From contig JASTWF010000035.1 of NCBI GenBank assembly GCA_030390025.1, positions 248,001 to 312,000 on the forward strand: DNA of 64,000 bases, in the 5' to 3' direction. The notes beneath the pieces are model-generated. The model was not told the origin of the DNA. It worked only from the letters and a program-made list of their open reading frames with translations, and did not search any database. The position numbers and the translations under genes were made by a program. This stretch comes from Squalus acanthias. Lineage: Eukaryota. The stretch's first letter is position 1; each line of letters starts with the position of its first letter. This document shows, piece by piece, positions 49,701-62,108 of the stretch.

Positions 49701-52700
49701 AGAGGAGGGAGTGTTGTAGAGGAGGGAGTGTTGTAGAGGAGGGAGTGTTGTAGAGGAGGGAGTGTTGTAGAGGAGGGAGGTGTTGCAGCGGAGGGAGGTG
49801 TTGTAGAGGAGGGAGTGTTGTAGAGGAGGGAGTGTTGCAGCGGAGGGAGGTGTTGTAGCGGAGGGAGGTGTTGTAGAGGAGGGAGTGTTGTAGAGGAGGG
49901 AGTGTTGTAGAGGAGGGAGGTGTTGTAGAGGAGGGAGTGTTGTAGAGGAGGGAGTGATGTAGAGGAGGGAGTGTTGTAGAGGAGGGAGTGTTGTAGAGGA
50001 GGGAGTGTTGTAGAGGAGGGTGTGTTGTCGAGGAGGGAGTGTTGTCGAGGAGGGAGTGTTATCGAGGAGGGAGTGTTGTCGAGGAGGGAGTGTTGTAGAG
50101 GAGGGAGTGTTGTAGAGGAGGGAGGTGTTGTCGAGGAGGGAGTGTTGCAGCGAAGGGAGTGTTGCAGCGGAGGGAGGGAGTGTTGGAGCGGAGGGAGTGT
50201 TGTAGAGGAGGGAGTGTTGTAGAGGAGGGAGGTGTTGTAGAGGAGGGAGGGGTTGTAGCGGAGGGAGGTGTTGTAGAGGAGGGAGGTGTTGCAGCGGAGG
50301 GAGGTGTTGTAGAGGAGGGAGGTGTTGTAGAGGAGGGAGTGTTGTAGCGGAGGGAATGTTGTAGAGGAGGGAGTGTTGTCGAGGAGGGAGTGTTGTGGAG
50401 GAGGGAGTGTTGTAGAGGAGGGAGTGTTGCACAGGAGGGAGTGTTGTAGAGGAGGGAGTGTTGTAGAGGAGGGAGTGTTGTAGAGGAGGGAGTGTTGTAG
50501 AGGAGGGAGTGTTGTAGAGGAGGGAGTCTTGTCGAGGAGGGAGTGTTGTCGAGGAGGGAGTGTTGTCGAGGAGGGAGTGTTGTCGAGGAGGGAGTGTTGT
50601 AGAGGAGGGAGTGTTGTAGAGGAGGGAGTGTTGCAGCGGAGGGAGTGTTGCAGCGGAGGGAGGGAGTGTTGGAGCGGAGGGAGGTGTTGTAGAGGAGGGA
50701 GTGTTGCAGCGGAGGGAGTGTTGCAGCGGAGTGAGTGTTGCAGAGGAGGGCGTGTTGGAGCGGAGGGAGTGTTGCAGCGGAGGGAGTGTTGCAGAGGAAG
50801 GAGTGTTGTAGCTGAGGGATGTGTTGTAGAGGAGGGAGTGTTGCAGAGGAGGGAGTGTTGCTGAGGAGGGAGTGTTGCAGAGGAGGGAGGTGTTGTAGAG
50901 GAGGGAGTGTTGTAGAGGAGGGAGTGTTGCAGCGGAGGGAGTGTTGCAGCGGAGGGAGTGTTGCAGAGGAAGGAGTGTTGTAGCTGAGGGATGTGTTGTA
51001 GAGGAGGGAGTGTTGCAGCGGAGGGAGTGTTGCAGCGGAGGGAGGGAGTGTTGGAGCGGAGGGAGTGTTGTAGAGGAGGGAGTGTTGTAGAGGAGGGAGG
51101 TGTTGTAGAGGAGGGAGTGTTGCAGCGAAGGGAGTGTTGCAGCGGAGGGAGGGAGTGTTGGAGCGGAGGGAGTGTTGTAGAGGAGGGAGTGTTGTAGAGG
51201 AGGGAGGTGTTGTAGAGGAGGGAGGGGTTGTAGCGGAGGGAGGTGTTGTAGAGGAGGGAGGTGTTGCAGCGGAGGGAGGTGTTGTAGAGGAGGGAGGTGT
51301 TGTAGAGGAGGGAGTGTTGTAGCGGAGGGAATGTTGTAGAGGAGGGAGTGTTGTCGAGGAGGGAGTGTTGTAGAGGAGGGAGTGTTGTAGAGGAGGGAGT
51401 GTTGTGGAGGAGGGAGTGTTGTAGAGGAGGGAGTGTTGCACAGGAGGGAGTGTTGTAGAGGAGGGAGTGTTGTAGAGGAGGGAGTGTTGTAGAAGAGGGA
51501 GTGTTGTAGAGGAGGGAGTGTTGTAGAGGAGGGAGTGTTGTCGAGGAGGGAGTGTTGTCGAGGAGGGAGTGTTGTCGAGGAGGGAGTGTTGTCGAGGAGG
51601 GAGTGTTGTAGAGGAGGGAGGTGTTGTAGAGGAGGGAGTGTTGCAGCGGAGGGAGTGTTGCAGCGGAGGGAGGGAGTGTTGGAGCGGAGGGAGGTGTTGT
51701 AGAGGAGGGAGGTGTTGTAGAGGAGGGAGTGTTGCAGCGGAGGGAGTGTTGCAGCGGAGTGAGTGTTGCAGAGGAGGGCGTGTTGGAGCGGAGGGAGTGT
51801 TGCAGCGGAGGGAGTATTGCAGAGGAGGGAGTGTTGCTGAGGAGGGAGTGTTGCAGAGGAGGGAGTGTTGTAGAGGAGGGAGTGTTGCAGCGGAGGGAGT
51901 GTTGCAGCGGAGGGAGTGTTGCAGAGGAGGGAGTGTTGCAGCGGAGGGAGTATTGCAGAGGAGGGAGGTGTTGTAGAGGAGGGAGTGGTAGAGGAGGGAG
52001 TGTTGTAGAGGAGGGAGTGTTGTAGAGGAGGGAGTGTTGTGGAGGAGGGAGTGTTGTAGAGGAGGGAGTGTTGTGGAGGAGGGAGTGTTGTGGAGGAGGG
52101 AGTGTTGTGGAGGAGGGAGTGTTGTAGAGGAGGGAGTGTTGTATAGGAGGGAATGTTGTAGAGGAGGGAGTGTTGTAGAGGAGGGAGTGTTGTAGAGGAG
52201 GGAGTGTTGTAGCGGAGGGAGGTGTAGCGGAGGGAGTGTTGTAGAGGAGGGAGTGTTGTAGAGGAGGGAGTGTTGTAGAGGAGGGAGTGTTGTAGAGGAG
52301 GGAGTGTTGTAGAGGAGGGAGTGTTGTAGAGGAGGGAGTGTTGTAGAGGAGGGAGTGTTATAGAGGAGGGAGGTGTTGTAGAGGAGGGAGTGTTGCAGCG
52401 GAGGGAGTGTTGTAGCGGAGGGAGGTGTAGCGGAGGGAGTGTTGTAGAGGAGGGAGTGGTAGAGGAGGGAGTGTTGCAGAGGAGGGAGGTGTAGAGGAGG
52501 GAGTGTTGTAGAGGAGGGAGGTGTAGAAGAGGGAGTGTTGTAGAGGAGGGAGGTGTTGTAGAGGAGGGAGGGGTTGTAGAGGAGGGAGTGTTGTAGAGGA
52601 GGGAGTGTTGTAGAGGAGGGAGGTGTTGTAGAGGAGGGAGGGGTTGTAGAGGAGGGAGTGTTGTAGAGGAGGGAGTGTTGTAGAGGAGGGAGGTGTTGTA

Positions 52701-55700
52701 GAGGAGGGAGTGTTGTAGAGGGGGGAGGTGTTGCAGCGGAGGGAGGTGTTGTAGAGGAGGGAGGTGTTGTAGAGGAGGGAGTGTTGCAGAGGAGGGAGTG
52801 TTGTAGAGGAGGGAGTGTTGTAGAGGAGGGAGTGTTGTAGCGGAGGGAGTGTTGTAGAGGAGGGAGTGTTGTAGCGGAGAGAGGTGTAGCGGAGGGAGTG
52901 TTGTAGAGGAGGGAGGTGTTGTAGAGGAGGGAGTGGTAGAGGAGGGAGTGTTGTAGAGGAGGGAGTGTTGTAGAGGAGGGAGGTGTTGTAGAGGAGGGAG
53001 TGGTAGAGGAGGGAGTGTTGTAGAAGAGGGAGTGTTGTAGAGGAGGGAGGTGTTGTAGAGGAGTGGAGTGGTAGAGGAGGGAGTGTTGTAGAGGAGGGAG
53101 TGTTGTAGAGGAGGGAGTGTTGTAGAGGAGTGGAGTGGTAGAGGAGGGAGTGTTGTAGAGGAGGGAGTGTTGCAGCGGAGGGAGTATTGCAGAGGAGGGA
53201 GTGTTGCTGAGGAGGGAGTGTTGCAGAGGAGGGAGTGTTGTAGTGGAGGGAGGTGTTGTAGAGGAGGGAGTGTTGTAGAGGAGGGAGTGTTGTAGAGGAG
53301 GGAGTGTTGTAGAGGAGGGAGGTGTTGTAGAGGAGGGAGGGGTTGTAGAGGAGGGAGTGTTGTAGAGGAGGGAGTGTTGTAGAGGAGGGAGTGTTGTAGA
53401 GGAGGGAGGTGTTGTAGAAGAGGGAGTGTTGTAGAGGGGGGAGGTGTTGCAGCGGAGGGAGGTGTTGTAGAGGAGGGAGGTGTTGTAGAGGAGGGAGTGT
53501 TGCAGAGGAGGGAGTGTTGTAGAGGAGGGAGTGTTGTAGCGGAGGGAGTGTTGTAGAGGAGGGAGTGTTGTAGCGGAGAGAGGTGTAGCGGAGGGAGTGT
53601 TGTAGAGGAGGGAGTGGTAGAGGAGGGAGTGTTGTAGAAGAGGGAGTGTTGTAGAGGAGGGAGTGTTGTAGAGGAGGGAGTGTTGTAGAGGAGGGAGTGT
53701 TGTAGAGGAGGGAGGTGTAGAGGAGGGAGTGTTGTAGAGGAGGGAGTGTTGTAGCGGAGGGAGTGTTGTAGAGGAGGGAGTATTGCAGAGGAGGGAGTGT
53801 TGCTGAGGAGGGAGTGTTGCAGAGGAGTGAGTGTTGCTGAGGAGGGAGTGTTGCAGAGGAGTGAGGTGTTGTAGAGGAGGGAGTGTTGTAGAGGAGGGAG
53901 TGTTGTAGAGGAGGGAGTGTTGCAGCGGAGGGAGTATTGCAGAGGAGGGAGTGTTGCTGAGGAGGGAGTGTTGCAGAGGAGTGAGGTGTTGTAGAGGAGG
54001 GAGTGTTGTAGAGGAGGGAGTGTTGTAGAGGAGGGAGTGTTGTAGAGGAGGGAGTGTTGTGGAGGAGGGTGTGTTGTAGCGGAGGGAGTGTTGTAGAGGA
54101 GGGAGTGTTGTAGAGGAGGGAGTGTTGTAGCGGAGGGAGTGTTGTAGAGGAGGGAGTGTTGTAGCGGAGAGAGGTGTAGCGGAGGGAGTGTTGTAGAGGA
54201 GGGAGTGGTAGAGGAGGGAGTGTTGTAGAGGAGGGAGTGTTGTAGCGGAGGGAGGTGTTGTAGCGGAGGGAGGTGTTGTAGAGGAGGGAGGTGTTGTAGC
54301 GGAGGGATGTGTTGTAGAGGAGGGAGTGTTGTAGAGGAGTGAGTGTTGTAGAGGAGGGAGTGTTGTAGAGAAGGGAGTGTTGTAGAGGAGGGAGTGTTGT
54401 GGAGGAGGGAGTGTTGTAGAGGAGGGAGTGTTGTGGAGGAGGGAGTGTTGTGGAGGAGGGAGTGTTGTAGAGGAGGGAGTGTTGTAGAGGAGGGAGGTGT
54501 TGTAGAGGAGGGAGTGTTGCAGCGAAGGGAGTGTTGCAGCGGAGGGAGGGAGTGTTGGAGCGGAGGGAGTGTTGTAGAGGAGGGAGTGTTGTAGAGGAGG
54601 GAGGTGTTGTAGAGGAGGGAGGGGTTGTAGCGGAGGGAGGTGTTGTAGAGGAGGGAGGTGTTGCAGCGGAGGGAGGTGTTGTAGAGGAGGGAGGTGTTGT
54701 AGAGGAGGGAGTGTTGTAGCGGAGGGAATGTTGTAGAGGAGGGAGTGTTGTCGAGGAGGGAGTGTTGTAGAGGAGGGAGTGTTGTCGAGGAGGGAGTGTT
54801 GTCGAGGAGGGAGTGTTGTCGAGGAGGGAGTGTTGTAGAGGAGGGAGGTGTTGTAGAGGAGGGAGTGTTGCAGCGGAGGGAGTGTTGCAGCGGAGGGAGG
54901 GAGTGTTGGAGCGGAGGGAGGTGTTGTAGAGGAGGGAGGTGTTGTAGAGGAGGGAGTGTTGCAGCGGAGGGAGTGTTGCAGCGGAGTGAGTGTTGCAGAG
55001 GAGGGCGTGTTGGAGCGGAGGGAGTGTTGCAGCGGAGGGAGTATTGCAGAGGAGGGAGTGTTGCTGAGGAGGGAGTGTTGCAGAGGAGGGAGGTGTTGTA
55101 GAGGAGGGAGTGTTGTAGAGGAGGGAGTGTTGCAGCGGAGGGAGTGTTGCAGCGGAGGGAGTGTTGCAGAGGAAGGAGTGTTGTAGCGGAGGGATGTGTT
55201 GTAGAGGAGGGAGTGTTGCAGCGGAGGGAGTGTTGCAGCGGAGGGAGTGTTGCAGAGGAGGGAGTGTTGCAGCGGAGGGAGTATTGCAGAGGAGGGAGGT
55301 GTTGTAGAGGAGGGAGTGGTAGAGGAGGGAGTGTTGTAGAGGAGGGAGTGTTGTAGAGGAGGGAGTGTTGTGGAGGAGGGAGTGTTGTAGAGGAGGGAGT
55401 GTTGTGGAGGAGGGAGTGTTGTGGAGGAGGGAGTGTTGTGGAGGAGGGAGTGTTGTAGAGGAGGGAGTGTTGTATAGGAGGGAATGTTGTAGAGGAGGGA
55501 GTGTTGTAGAGGAGGGAGTGTTGTAGAGGAGGGAGTGTTGTAGCGGAGGGAGGTGTAGCGGAGGGAGTGTTGTAGAGGAGGGAGTGTTGTAGAGGAGGGA
55601 GTGTTGTAGAGGAGGGAGTGTTGTAGAGGAGGGAGTGTTGTAGAGGAGGGAGTGTTGTAGAGGAGGGAGTGTTGTAGAGGAGGGAGTGTTGTAGAGGAGG

Positions 55701-58558
55701 GAGTGTTATAGAGGAGGGAGGTGTTGTAGAGGAGGGAGTGTTGCAGCGGAGGGAGTGTTGTAGCGGAGGGAGGTGTAGCGGAGGGAGTGTTGTAGAGGAG
55801 GGAGTGGTAGAGGAGGGAGTGTTGCAGAGGAGGGAGGTGTAGAGGAGGGAGTGTTGTAGAGGAGGGAGGTGTAGAGGAGGGAGTGTTGTAGAGGAGGGAG
55901 GTGTAGAGGAGGGAGTGTTGTAGAGGAGGGAGGTGTTGTAGAGGAGGGAGGGGTTGTAGAGGAGGGAGTGTTGTAGAGGAGGGAGTGTTGTAGAGGAGGG
56001 AGGTGTTGTAGAGGAGGGAGGGGTTGTAGAGGAGGGAGTGTTGTAGAGGAGGGAGTGTTGTAGAGGAGGGAGGTGTTGTAGAGGAGGGAGTGTTGTAGAG
56101 GAGGGAGGTGTTGTAGAAGAGGGAGTGTTGTAGAGGGGGGAGGTGTTGCAGCGGAGGGAGGTGTTGTAGAGGAGGGAGGTGTTGTAGTGGAGGGAGTGTT
56201 GCAGAGGAGGGAGTGTTGTAGAGGAGGGAGTGTTGTAGAGGAGGGAGTGTTGTAGCGGAGGGAGTGTTGTAGAGGAGGGAGTGTTGTAGCGGAGAGAGGT
56301 GTAGCGGAGGGAGTGTTGTAGAGGAGGGAGTGGTAGAGGAGGGAGTGTTGTAGAAGAGGGAGTGTTGTAGAGGAGGGAGTGTTGTAGAGGAGGGAGTGTT
56401 GTAGAGGAGGGAGTGTTGTAGAGGAGGGAGTGTTGTAGAGGAGGGAGTGTTGTAGAGGAGGGAGGTGTTGTAGAGGAGGGAGGGGTTGTAGAGGAGGGAG
56501 TGTTGTAGAGGAGGGAGGTGTTGTAGAGGAGGGAGGTGTTGTAGAGGAGGGAGTGTTGTAGAGGAGGGAGTGTTGTAGAGGAGGGAGTGTTGTAGCGGAG
56601 GGAGTGTTGTAGAGGAGGGAGTGTTGTAGCGGAGAGAGGTGTAGCGGAGGGAGTGTTGTAGAGGAGGGAGTGGTAGAGGAGGGAGTGTTGTAGAAGAGGG
56701 AATGTTGTAGAGGAGGGAGTGTTGTAGAGGAGGGAGTGTTGTAGAGGAGGGAGTGTTGTAGAGGAGGGAGTGTTGTAGAGGAGGGAGGTGTAGAGGAGGG
56801 AGTATTGCAGAGGAGGGAGTGTTGCTGAGGAGGGAGTGTTGCAGAGGAGTGAGTGTTGCTGAGGAGGGAGTGTTGCAGAGGAGTGAGGTGTTGTAGAGGA
56901 GGGAGTGTTGTAGAGGAGGGAGTGTTGTAGAGGAGGGAGTGTTGCAGCGGAGGGAGTATTGCAGAGGAGGGAGTGTTGCTGAGGAGGGAGTGTTGCAGAT
57001 GAGTGAGGTGTTGTAGAGGAGGGAGTGTTGTAGAGGAGGGAGTGTTGTAGAGGAGGGAGTGTTGTAGAGGAGGGAGTGTTGTGGAGGAGGGTGTGTTGTA
57101 GCGGAGGGAGTGTTGTAGAGGAGGGAGTGTTGTAGAGGAGGGAGTGTTGTAGCGGAGGGAGTGTTGTAGAGGAGGGAGTGTTGTAGCGGAGAGAGGTGTA
57201 GCGGAGGGAGTGTTGTAGAGGAGGGAGTGGTAGAGGAGGGAGTGTTGTAGAGGAGGGAGTGTTGTAGAGGAGGGAGTGTTGTAGAGGAGGGAGTGTTGTA
57301 GCAGAGGGAGGTGTTGTAGAGGAGGGAGGTGTTGTAGCGGAGGGAGGTGTTGTAGCGGAGGGAGGTGTTGTAGAGGAGGGAGGTGTTGTAGCGGAGGGAT
57401 GTGTTGTAGAGGAGGGAGTGTTGTAGAGGAGTGAGTGTTGTAGAGGAGGGAGTGTTGTAGAGAAGGGAGTGTTGTAGAGGAGGGAGTGTTGTAGAGGAGG
57501 GAGTGTTGTAGCGGAAGGAGGTGTAGTGGAGGGAGTGTTGTAGATGAGGGAGTGGTAGAGGAGGGAGTGTTGTAGAGGAGGGAGGTATAGAGGAGGAAGT
57601 GTTGTAGAGGAGGGAGTGTTGCAGAGGAGGGAGGTGTTGAGGAGGGAGTGTTGTAGAGGAGGGAGTGTTGTAGAGGAGGGAGTGTTGTGGAGGAGGGAGT
57701 GTTGTGGAGGAGGGAGTGTTGTGGAGGAGGGAGTGTTGTAGAGGAGGGAGTGTTGTAGAGGAGGGAGTGTTGTAGAGGAGGGAGTGTTGTAGAGGAGGGA
57801 GTGTTGTAGAGGAGGGAGTGTTGTAGAGGAGGGAGTGTTGTAGAGGAGGGAGGTGTTGTAGATGAGGGAGGTGTAGAGGAGGGAGTGTTGTAGAGGAGGG
57901 AGTGTTGTAGAGCTGGGAATGTTGTAGAGGAGGGAGTGTTGTAGAGGAGGGAGTGTTGTAGCGGAGGGAGGTGTTGTAGCGGAGGGAGTGTTGTAGAGCA
58001 GTGGAGTGTTGTAGAGGAGTGGAGTGTTGTAGAGGAGGGAGGTGTTGTCGCGGAGGGAGTGTTGGAGAGGAGGGAGGTATTGTAGAGGAGGGAGGTGTTG
58101 TAGAGGAGGGAAGTGTTGTAGAGGTGGGAAATGTTCCAGAGGAGGGAGGTGCAGAGGAGAGAGGTGTAGATGAGGGAGGTGTTGAGGAGGGAGGTGTAGA
58201 GGAGGGAGGTGCAGAGGAGGGAGGTGTAGAGGAGGGAGTGTTGTAGAGGAGGGAGTGTTGTAGAGGAAGGAGTGCTGTAGCGGAGGGAGTGTTGTAGTGG
58301 AAGGAAGTGTTGTAGAGGAGGGAGTGTTGTAGAGGAGGGAGTGTTGTAGCGGAAGGAGGTGTAGTGGAGGGAGTGTTGTAGAGGAGGGAGTGGTAGAGGA
58401 GGGAGTGTTGTAGAGGAGGGAGTGTTGTAGAGGAGGGAGTGTTGTAGAGGAGGGAGTGTTCTAGCGGAGGGAGGTGTAGCGGAGGGAGTTTTGTAGAGGA
58501 GGGAGTGGTAGAGGAGGGAGTGTTGTAGAGGAGGGAGTGTTGTAGAGGAGGGAGGTGT
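46714..58558. repeat. 11.8-kb purine-rich minisatellite, 17/18-bp unit (GAGGAGGGAG[G]TGTTGTA)n with higher-order blocks
   Basis: Visible units; identical variant blocks recur at offsets of 975, ~1119 and ~3200-3400 bp in the ORF track. Confidence 0.98.
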
Positions 58559-60152
58559 TGTAAGGGTTTTCCTTGACCGATTCTCAGCCTGTGAGATTCG
58601 TGTGGCTCTGTGCAGCCTGTATGTTAGTGCGGGTTTAGGCCTTGTTGCCTGTTCTGGTCTCCAGCCAGTCTGGGAGCACTATACACACCTGTGAGTGGTT
58701 CGAATCACTCGCCCTTACGGTTCTAGACACTGGACTTAGATGCGAGAGCAGTAATGGAGATGAAACTCAGGTAGACTCGGTTGAATGGTACGAAATGGAA
58801 AATCTTTATTGCATAATACTTAAGATTACGAAATACATGTCATAAGCACAGATTAATGACAGTACAATCTTACACGCAGTTATGTAACTAATTTCAGGGA
58901 AACGAGGAACGAACGACACATCGTAAATGGGGGCACACATTACAATTATCCTTAATACTTGAAACCCTCCCCTATCAATATCTGTCCTAAGCTAGATTCG
59001 TAGGATTCGAGACTCATGCTCACCACTCGTGATAACTCGGAGAGATTCCGAATTTCACCGCAGCACCCACGTGTCGATCAGGGGGTCTCCTGGCCCCAGT
59101 TGTTTACTCGTTTCTGCTCCGGCTAGCAGGCTGGAGCGTCTGCTGTTATGAAGATCTGTGTTCGTGGTTTTCAAAGTCCAGTCAATACTTAAGAAAAAGA
59201 ATCTTCCTGTGTCCGTTCTGTGAAGTTCGAAGAAGTCTTCCTGGCAAGGAAAAATGTCAATTCGACCTACAGGCGCGGTCGGGGCTTACTGACCGTGGCG
59301 ACAAGTATGGTCTTCGTCTCTTCCCATCTCATCTCATCTCTTCTCGGGCCTTTGGTTCCGATACCGTTTATCAACACAGGTCTTCGTGACACGACACGAG
59401 GTAGATCCGAGCGGATCACAAAGTTCAACAGTCTTTTAAAAGAGACACGAGGCAAGCAGGAACAAGACGGCGAGTCAAGAACACAGGAGCAACCACGAGG
59501 ATGAACACCAGCAAGATAAGAGAAAGATGGACGGTTGGAGCTTGTAATTATAGTGAAAAATCTTCCGTTTCCCGCCCAACCTTAATGTCTTTTCCTTTTG
59601 TTAGGGTTTGGCGCTCAAATGTCTTGTATAGGTGATCTCCGTTTTAATGGGTTTCGGGGCTACTCATAAATGTCTGAGTACCTGTTAATATTTCTCCCAT
59701 TGTTTAATCGGTCGGTGTTCTCCCTGGAGGGGTTTTGGGCTTCCAAGTGTTTTCTGTAACTACCCGCTAACGGCTCTCTCATCGTAGAGTCGTTGGGATT
59801 TTACATATTAATGTCTTTGGATGGGCTCTTGATTACTTGGTACAATAGCTTTCATTCGTACCTGGGAGACCGATTTCAGTATTTATGTGTATACTGTAAA
59901 CCCATGATGTCTCGTGTATTATCTTCAATGTGCTGAGTCTTAATCGATCTCGCACAAATGTTTATTGGAACGCCATCTTGTCTGTCTGTCGAAAAGTCTA
60001 GAATGTTCCGCCACGAGGTGCGGCGGCCATTTTACAAGCTGCTTGTGTCCACTTTGAAACCTGACAGCATTCTGCTGAAATAAAAAGCTGTATGAACGAA
60101 ACTAAGTGTTTTCTCCTTATTAATAAAATCGCGATATATTGCGAATTCTACA
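58559..60152 (-). repeat. ERV 3' LTR (1594 bp) of an env-bearing provirus
   Basis: Element-sense TGTAGAATTCGC...CCCTTACA, preceded by PPT CAACAGGAGGGAC (60153-60165); inverted homolog of 62109-63832. Confidence 0.93.
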
Positions 60153-60598
60153 GTCCCTCCTGTTGATGCGAATAACTCCGCTTATCGTATCAAAAATATT
60201 GTGGTGAGCAATATTATCTCGATTTTCTCCGAATCCAGAAAATTTAATCCCATAACTTAAACTAGCTAGGGTCTTTGCGTCGTCCTTATTTCCCAAAGAA
60301 ATTACATTTTATAGTACCGTAGGCATCATTTGCCTTTAAACTTACACCACTTGTTTTCCTTCCAGGCGTAACCAGGCCGATGCCTCTCGTATCACCTGTA
60401 TATTCACATTTTTTATTTAGGGAAAGGAAAAACAAACAAAACCAAACAATCATTTTTAACTACAACACCATCACCAAAATAATCAACACCAACTCTTAAA
60501 CATGTCGAGTTCCAAACGTATTTACAGTCTTTGAAAATCATGATCGAGTACAAACTTTCGCGGCGCACGTGGCGAGCGGGAGTGACGCCATTTTCCGA

Positions 60599-62108
60599 TT
60601 ACACGGTGCTTTCATTGTGCACGCGCACGTAACGTTCTCGCCACTCTCCCGTGTTTTCATGCTTGGTGAGGCGTTTGTCTCTTTTACAATGTACGACCAA
60701 CAGGTACACTACAATAAAAACTTGGCATACGACTAAAATGTGGGAGGCTATTCTGATCCATGAAGGCACTTCAATATTGGTGAACAGATTCCACCACGGT
60801 GGAATTACTATATCCAGAATGTCTGTTCCTATTTCGACAGTTTTCTGCTCTAGTGTGTAAAAATGTTTTTGTGACACCGCGACGGCTTTCAAAAGCTTGG
60901 TGAGGTGTTCAGGGAGAGGGGGAATGAGGTATCCGAAATGCGCGACGAATCGCTGCAGGTCGGTGAAATTCTCTTTTACTGTTAGATGAACAGTGGATGG
61001 TTCAGGGATTGGGACAATTCGCTGTTGTGCTACTTGAACTTCCGCCCTGGGTTTGAAACAGAAACTGCTGTCACTCACCGGACACCGGCTACGGTTTCCA
61101 TGCTGGTAGTGTTGCGCTGCAGTGGTAACACAATATGTTCCACCCCCGATGTATGCTACCTGCGGAGGCACATGATCTTGTGCCATTGCCTCCATGGTGC
61201 AATTCATGGACTTGGCGCCAGCCGTTCTGAACCCGCACTGTGGTGTTAAAAAGGCATTCAAGTGCTGGGGACACAGTATTATGTGTGCTCCCCTGCCACG
61301 ACAACCAGAGAGATCTGTACCTGTCATCGTTTGCTCCCAGCGGATGACGTAGGGTGGAACCGCTGCATAGCGAATGTGGGCTCCCCCCTGAATGACACCA
61401 ATGTTCTCTACCCGATACACCGGGGCGGGCTTTGCTGTGTCGCCCAAAACCGGCATACGTAATACTATACCCATGATAGTATGGTTTGATCGTCCGCAGT
61501 CCACGGGGACTGGGTATGCTTCTGAAGCTAGCCTGAGCTGGCACGGACTTAATGCGTTCTGAAAAGGGTGGAGCGCCCGCAGGTGTTTGTTACTTATCCA
61601 GGACGGGACCATACCTTGTTTTAAATCCTCCAAATTAATGCGGCCCTCGCCCAGTAACCACGCCCCGTAAAGCACGCACACCTCGTTCTGCGCAGCTTGA
61701 TCGGATGCATTCCGATCTTCCCTAATCAGGGCATTTACCGTCTTTGCATGTTTCTCCAACTCTGCTATAATTTCCTTTAAATGGAGAGTCATGGCTTGGT
61801 CCTCGTGTAAACCCGACCCTACCACTTTATTCTCATCTGTTAGAATGTCTTTTAATTGTGTCTTAAAACCATTAATCTGGGTCTGCAGCTCCACACTGTC
61901 TAGAGCGTTGACCACAGATGTACCCGTGTTAAAAGCAGTGAACGCGTCGTTCACTACACCCCTTCTTTGCCTCCCTACTTGATCCAAAACTTCATGTGGT
62001 GCGGTGTACAAACTTGTTTTATCAATTTCCGCGAAATCGAATTCGTAAAAACTGTCTGAACATCTTGGTCAACAGGACCTGATATAACTGTTCCGTCTTT
62101 TTGGGGCA
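60599..62108 (-). pseudogene. env: ERV envelope, class I fusion protein of paramyxovirus/Mononegavirales F type (lokiretrovirus-like env); 5' part displaced by a nested provirus
   Basis: Furin site RQRR followed by fusion-peptide-like GVVNDAFTAFNTGTSVVNAL, heptad repeat, Cys-rich region, second heptad, TM HILVVCQVFIVVYLLVV and a short tail. +1 frameshift near 62050; upstream reads CPKKTEQLYQVLLTKMF. Confidence 0.8.

Noticed and set aside
46595..58246. Mucin-like or Cys/Glu-rich ORFs up to 1253 aa
   Set aside because: Minisatellite translation; no splice or start context, and frames shift constantly.
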